A stretch of 64,000 nucleotides of DNA from Lepidodermella squamata (taxonomy: Eukaryota; Animalia; Gastrotricha): assembly GCA_047495785.1 (NCBI GenBank), contig JBLDXI010000011.1:1488001-1552000 (forward strand), in the 5' to 3' direction. This document shows, in pieces, positions 57,881 to 64,000 of this stretch. Position 1 is the stretch's first letter. Every line of letters begins with the position of its first letter. Below the pieces are notes generated by a model. The model ran no database searches. It had not been told where the DNA came from and saw only the letters and a program-made list of their open reading frames with translations. The position numbers were made by a program, and so were the translations under genes.

Positions 57881-59807
57881 ATGTTGTCCAGCAATCGCAA
57901 CCATTTGATTGTTTTTATCTCATCAGTGCTTTTTGGAACTGGCGACACTTGTCCTTCGCCGTCGACGCCGTCAAAATTCGAGCCATTTACCAACCCGCCT
58001 ATATATGCTTGCCCGAGCAGTCAGTTATGCGCGCCAGTCGGCAATCCGTGCTTAGAAGCATCAAAATCTTGTCAGCCAACAGCTACTGTACGTCAAATTT
58101 GAAGTTCAACAAATAGCAGGTGATTAGCACTAGGATTTTAATGCAAATTTCTGTCCCAGTTTGGGGCACGATAGTTTTAAGCAGCAAACTAGTTAGTAGC
58201 AAGCAAAACGGGCTAATTCAACCCTTGTTTATCCCTCTAAAGCTAGGTTCACGGACTCTGCGACTGCGCGACAAGTGTCGCGCGCGACAACGCGACTGTC
58301 GCGGGTGTGTCGCACCAAACCAGCGACGCGACACACACAGATAGTCACGCTTGAAAATTCTGTCGCGCGCGACAAACTGTTGTTGTGGCTCAACTGGGTT
58401 CCGTCCGACCCCAAACGTCGGTCGCGCAATTACGGGTAAAAGCGAAATAAATTATGAAAAATTAGAAATAATTTTCAAAATATTATTGGCCGCGCGCATG
58501 TCAAAGGGCTACTTTACAATTTCACGGCGGTTTTTGTTCTGAAATAAAATCTACAAAATTCGTTATTGAATGAATACAGGTTTCTCGCGCGAAAAAAATA
58601 AAATTAAAGCCTATACACCTTGTATCGAGTCCGAATAAACCTGAGTTTTGCGTGGTTGGCATTTTATTTTGTGCGAGCGGGCGGTTTATTGTTATTATTA
58701 TTATTATTACTATGGCATTTGATCTTTGCGGGCGGGCGGTTTATCGTTATTATTATTACTATTATTATTGCCTACTTGCCTCCAACTTGTCGCGTTGTCG
58801 CGTTGTCGCGCCCAAAACAGGCTATTTTCCCCTTCGCGACGCGACAAGCGACAAAATCCATTGTTCTTTCTATCGCTCGCTGTTACGCAACGGCCGTCCA
58901 TCCCTATTGTTCGCGCGCCTGTCGCGTCGCTGAGTCCGTGAACACCCGAGCGTTTTGTCGCGCGCAACACTGATGCGACACCCGCGACACGCGCGACACC
59001 GCCGAGTCCGTGAACAAGTGCGCGACTGTCGCGCGCGACACCGGATTTGTCGCGCCGCTCAGTTGTCGCGCGCGACAAATCGCGAGTCCGTGAACCCAGC
59101 TTAACTCTCGTACTTATCAGCCAGCCTTTCAACTATGCACCGGCGCGACCTTCGGCGGCGCGAGCATTAGCCAGAATGTCAAGTTATGCACCTCGAACGG
59201 TCTGCCCTGCACAGCAGTTTTCGGCAACACATTCACGGTAAGAACAACGTTAAGAATTATAGGTAGTCATTTATCGGAAGTTTTGCCTAGCAAGCCGCGG
59301 CAACACCAACTGTGCCGAACTCTTTCATCTCATTCACCGACTGCTGCAACGCCGCAGCCCCAGCTAGCCCGAATGCCGCCAATATTCGCTACGAACTGAT
59401 TCCGGGCATTACGCCATTTGTTGTGCCATCTATGGCCTGCATCGGAACGGCTGATGCCACACCGTACAAGATAACAACGCTTATTGATAACATGAAAGCT
59501 TCCCACTGCGTCCGCTTTCCGCATACGGCGAACGCATTAACGGATACCCCTGCCTATCGCTGGGTGGTGAGAGTATTTTTGTATAAATCAGTAAGGAAAC
59601 CAACCTTTCACTCCATTTCAGCCACCTTACACTCCATCTACTTATGCGTACTCTTCGTTCAGAGACTGCTGCACTGCTCTTGCTACCACATATTGCTGTG
59701 GCGATGCGAACTATCCGAATCCCGCGAACTTTCCTGTCCTTTTGGTTCCGGCTGTGACTGCGGCTTACGGTCTCACCTTGGAGCGATGTTCTTTAAAAGT
59801 TAATTAG
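57881..59807 (+). CDS. Secreted Cys-rich protein, divergent family member 3; exons 57881-58087, 59121-59237, 59291-59566, 59622-59807
   Basis: Same four phase-0 exons; conserved KSC, LC..GG..K.C, F.SF..CC, CIG, CVRFP, AYSSF..CC, YGLTLERC. Confidence 0.8.
58241..59101. mobile_element. PIF/Harbinger-type MITE (861 bp) in intron 1 of Cys-rich gene 3
   Basis: taa|agctaggttcacggactc ... gagtccgtgaacccagct|taa; many tgtcgcg/cgcgaca motifs. Confidence 0.9.
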
Positions 59808-60387
59808 CCAAATATTACTTAACATTTTTCCGTACTGATGTATTTCTAAAAGAAATGTATCAATTTTTCATTAGCCTCGTGTTTCGTGCGTTTTATCCAT
59901 TTTTTGTTCAAATCTTTCTTTCATAATGCAAAGAAAGGTGGTGCTAAAGTAATAAAGTGACCAATACTACTGGCTGTTTTTCTGAAATTCAACTGCTACA
60001 TTTCTGGTTTTAAATCATACCCCCTAATTATTGGAGGAGGTCTGGTATGGATCGAATGTTGTTTCACTTGTGCATAGTTTCCTAAACTCCTAAACATCCG
60101 GGGCTTCTCACGCACCGCAAGCCAAATTTCCTACGCGCCAGCTCGCTCCACTTGTTACTTATTAGGCTACTAATACAACTGTTAGTGATAACTGTTCATG
60201 ATAATCTTTACAAGGGCCATTTGACAATTACTTATTTTTCGATGGCGTTTTTCCAATCGATTTTTCATTGATACCCTAGCCTACTTCGCGTCGGGGTGGT
60301 TAATTAAGAAGTAAACTTTGTAAAAAAGCTTGACGTGAACGTGCAACTTGACCATTTTGTAGTAAACATTTTCCTGTCTGCTCAAGC

Positions 60388-60426
60388 CATAGAGAACAGA
60401 GAACAGAAGTACTTCTGTTCTCTATG
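60388..60426. mobile_element. 39-bp palindromic mini-element, P-element-like ends
   Basis: gctcaagc|catagagaacaga...tctgttctctatg|gctcaagc (8-bp direct repeat). Confidence 0.7.
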
Positions 60427-60779
60427 GCTCAAGCATAATTTTTTCAAACGAATCCAGTAGCTGTCACGTTAAAAGAAATATTCCTTGCAGAGCTGTCAGG
60501 TGGGTTTAGGTCTGCTTTTTCTGAAAGCAATCCGAGGCTGCTACATACTGCCGACACCTTTGCTAACTTTGCTGACTATTGCAACATGGGTGTTACAACG
60601 AATATTAGATATGACCGAGTTACGCTATCATCAGCTCCACCGAAGTACAAATAGTTAAGCGTCATCACTTTCGAACAACGGGTTCAATTTATTCCATCTT
60701 AGTAACGAAGCGGGGTAAAACATGAAACGCAGAGACGTTCAGAAAGCCTTGACAAGAAATTCCCTATATAGCTCAGTCA

Positions 60780-61088
60780 TCAACCAGATATCTTAGAATT
60801 ACGCGAATCCAACTTGTAAATGTTAGCAAAGTGGTGTTTTGGCTCTTTTTCAATCACATCAGGATTACGAAGAGCTTGCCGATTTCGCACGTGTGGTTTC
60901 CTCCATGTTCGTACTGAAGGATCTGGGAAATTGTCATGGTTGCCATGGCGCGTTTCAGTAACCATCAGCGACTTGTGCAGCATCCGATATCTTGGCTGAG
61001 GCCATGATTCGTAGTTCTCAGCTCTGGTCAAGGCTAACACGAAGCTGAAAAGGAGAACAGCAACCTTTCGTAAATGTGATGCGAGCAT
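60780..61088 (-). CDS. Possible small secreted protein or 5' remnant of a decayed gene
   Basis: ATG-started 102-aa ORF with a textbook signal peptide (RKVAVLLFSFVLALTRA|EN); no family recognised. Confidence 0.4.
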   Translation of the reverse strand: MLASHLRKVAVLLFSFVLALTRAENYESWPQPRYRMLHKSLMVTETRHGNHDNFPDPSVRTWRKPHVRNRQALRNPDVIEKEPKHHFANIYKLDSRNSKISG

Positions 61089-61943
61089 CGTGAAAAATCG
61101 CTTTCAAATAAATCACAGCAGTGTTTCATTTCATTTCACAACGTAAAACGGATATTTGATCGTTGGCGTATCAAGTTCGAGCGGATTTCATCTGTGTTTT
61201 TGTTTTGCGAATTTCCTGCTATGACGGAACATGCAATTTCGCCGTTCATTCGTGTAGCTGATCTTTGGAGAGCTGACTTTTTCCAAGCGCATTTTCCAAT
61301 CGATAATCCACCTCCATTTCGTTTGAAATATGAATCTAAATGTTGACCGGTACTCACCAAGAGCGCGCACGAAACTAGCGAAGTAGGACAATATTAGAGG
61401 AGGCCTTGCTAGCGGCCTCGTGGACGGGAACATAAGTATGAGGGTGGCAGACGCGGGATGCGGGATGGTTTACGACCTTCGACGAGGTCTATACGACGCT
61501 CGACATTTGACGAATGACATCCCAGACGCCAATAGCGTGGTGCCTGCAGAAGAGTTCCTCAGCATGGGCTAACTTGCGGGCATCACTTTGATGAGTCTGC
61601 GCTCGAAGGAGACAGGTAGCTTCGCTTAGCAACGGATAAAAATGAGGCTATGAGAATCGCAGAAGTAACATCCCACTTTACCTGAAGATTCGGCAAGGCA
61701 GACAATATGGGGGTCACCGAATTAAGTTAATAAACCACATAAAAGTAGCTAATAATAAGTGCCCAAGAACTTGAGGGGCCCCAGATAGCAGCACTTTAGG
61801 TAAATTCGATATTGAGTCGCTCACTCGGACTTGAGACTTGAAACTTCCTGCCAGACAGAGCGATTAAATTAATGCTAGCCCGTTACGATGTAATTGGGAA
61901 TACCTCATTTTGGATGACCTGATTATTTTTCCATGCACTTTAC

Positions 61944-62140
61944 AAGTAACAGATACAGTCTTTGATACCATCCCCATGATATCGCTGCTGTACTTCAACA
62001 TTCACCATCCACGCCACTGCTCCCTTAAGTACAGTGGTTATTTAAAATAAACAACATATTCAAAGTAACAGATACAGTATTTGTCACTCTCCCTATTATA
62101 TCGCAGCTGTACTTTATCATCTACATCACTGATGCTCCCT
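61944..62140 (+). repeat. Diverged ~120-bp tandem duplication
   Basis: aagtaacagatacagt.tttg...atatcgc.gctgtactt at ~61944 and ~62063. Confidence 0.65.
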
Positions 62141-62540
62141 TTTATGAAGTGTTTTTTTACATTCTAAGCCGCGAGCGATGTAATTAATGCTATTGCCCGT
62201 TATGAGGTAGTTTTGATTGTTTTAACTCAAAATAACGTTAGAGGTGTGGTAAATTGCTGCTACATCTTATTATAGGGTAATAAAACATGATATAAAGTTT
62301 AACCGATTTTTCAATTTGCAATCTTTATCGTATCAACTCGAAAAGATGCCTACAACTGGCGGCCAAAGCGATCTTTTGATTCCCGGTCGAGCGAGAGTGA
62401 CAGCTTCATTGGAGTATGTATAGCTAGCAGATTCTTCGAAGAGTTCGAATTATCGTGAGTTCGCGCCTTGAGATTCTGCATTCCAATCCTAGCTAAACCG
62501 GTGAGGTCGAACCAGTCGCATTATACAGCCTAATTTTCCC

Positions 62541-62547
62541 TATAAAA
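62541..62547 (+). promoter_or_regulatory. TATA box of Cys-rich gene 2
   Basis: cctataaaagg ~58 nt before ATG 62605. Confidence 0.7.
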
Positions 62548-62604
62548 GGAGTCAAATTTTCCATCTCCACATATTTCTGCCTTTCAACATTTCTTCACAG
62601 AATA

Positions 62605-63536
62605 ATGATCATTGCTAATTTCGCCGTTTTCCTTGCCTTATTGATCAGGACCAGCGCTTGCCCAGCATCATCGACCACTGCAACAGCAACTTCAACGCCA
62701 TGCCCGACTACAACAGCTGTTACCGCGGCAACCTGTCCAACTGGTACCAGCTGTGTTTCTACCGCCAACACATGCGCATCGCCGAATCAGTGTGTTAACG
62801 GTGCCCAGGCTTGCACTGACCCACTAAAATCCTGCTCGGCCACTGTGAGTGATTGCACAACTGAAGTTTGCATAGTTCGAAATCTTGAATTTTGCAATGC
62901 AGCCTAGCTACAACCTGTGCCAAATCGATACGTCCGGTGGTTCAGGCGTTGGTCAGACGGGGGTGAAATATTGCCTCGGCAACGCTGGAGCCTGCAACCT
63001 GTTGACTGGCGGCACGGTAGAATCTGTTGCATATATTTAGTTGGCACTGTTTATAATCAGACGTTACAACATAGACTGCTGTGGCGCCTGCCACCACTTT
63101 CTCTACGTTCGCGTTGTGCTGTGCAGCAACAGGCGCCAATGTCTTCTACGATATGGTTACTACTGCAGGATCACCTGCAACTTATGCGACGATCTGCGTC
63201 GGTTCATCGAGCGCAACCCCATACGTTATATCATCGTCTCAGCCTAGTGCTTCAGCTACAACTGGTACTTGTATTCGCTTCCCCTACACGGCTGGAACGT
63301 CAACTGATGCACTTGTCTCGAACGCTGGTTTGGTAATAGGATTTCAACCTGATTCATTTCCCATTATATTAAATTTCATTTACTTTACCTCACAGAACAA
63401 AAGAATTAATCAAGTTGCGTTTTCATCCTTTGCTGTCTGCTGCTATGCGCTTGGCGCCGGTCCAACCGCTGGAACGCCAGCAACTCCTCTTTCTGCCTAC
63501 GGACTGACCATTGAGAAATGCAGCGGTGGCAACTAG
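62605..63536 (+). CDS. Secreted Cys/Thr/Ser-rich protein, family member 2; exons 62605-62844, 62903-63016, 63075-63332, 63396-63536
   Basis: Signal peptide then CPASST; exon 2 is 114 nt exactly as in member 1 (KYCLGNAGACN.LTGGT); ends YGLTIEKCSGGN*. Confidence 0.88.
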
Positions 63537-63809
63537 AAAAAGCATCAATCAACGACTGGAGACTAATTGACTAATTTTAAACGCATTTTAAAGATAAATA
63601 TTAGCTGTATTGTTCCAGTGACATTGTTTATCGTTCATTCCGAACAATAGAATCCATTTTGTGCTGTTCATCATACGTTTATTATTCGTTAATTTCGAAT
63701 CATCGTTTAGATATAGTTGATAAATACTAAATACGTTTAAAGGAACACATATCCTTCGTTTTTTGTTTTTCTTTGGGCGTTACAGGGAAAGGAGTGGGTT
63801 AGCTACATA

Positions 63810-64000
63810 GTGTAATAAAACCTTATATCAAATTACCCATTTTTCAATCTTTTTTAACGTATCAACTCGTCAAAATGTGAACAAGTGGCGTCCAAAGCAT
63901 TCATTCACGGTCTGGCGAGAGGGAATTACTTCAATGGAGCATCTATTGCAAGCTGCTTCTTCCATGACTTCGAATGCGATTGAATTCCTGCCTTAAGATA
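63810..64000 (+). repeat. Paralogue of the upstream region (62275-62470) of Cys-rich gene 2; suggests another family member just beyond the window
   Basis: Shared gtaataaaac, cgtatcaactcg, tggcg.ccaaagc, gcgagag.ga, cttca.tggag blocks in the same order. Confidence 0.7.

Noticed and set aside
58620-58973. ORFs with poly-Leu/poly-Ile/poly-Tyr resembling membrane proteins
   Set aside because: Translations of (tta)n microsatellites inside the MITE

Overview
Eukaryotic (animal, invertebrate-like) genomic DNA from a compact genome with short (about 48-80 nt) AT-rich GT-AG introns; no prokaryotic features, rRNA, tRNA or CRISPR were seen. Recognisable genes: two aquaporin paralogues, STARD3/MLN64, a PDI-family gene, CCDC169, a catalytically dead trypsin-fold protein, a decayed PHOSPHO1/2-like phosphatase, VWA3B (whose ~7.9 kb intron holds an antisense intronless GT32 glycosyltransferase and a stack of nested DNA transposons) and four intronless F-box genes. 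Two families I do not recognise could be reconstructed by hand: three 4-exon secreted Cys/Thr-rich genes, and a tandem array of 3-exon Ala-rich microgenes whose middle exons differ by exact heptads. Mobile DNA: a 5'-truncated APE-RT LINE bracketed by a 986-bp direct duplication of the PDI 5' half, an apparently intact Mutator element whose transposase is fused to a Ulp1-like protease, a non-autonomous MULE, and many hAT, Harbinger, Tc1/pogo and P-like MITEs with readable TIRs/TSDs. All exon structures and alignments were done by eye, so coordinates may be off by a few bases.
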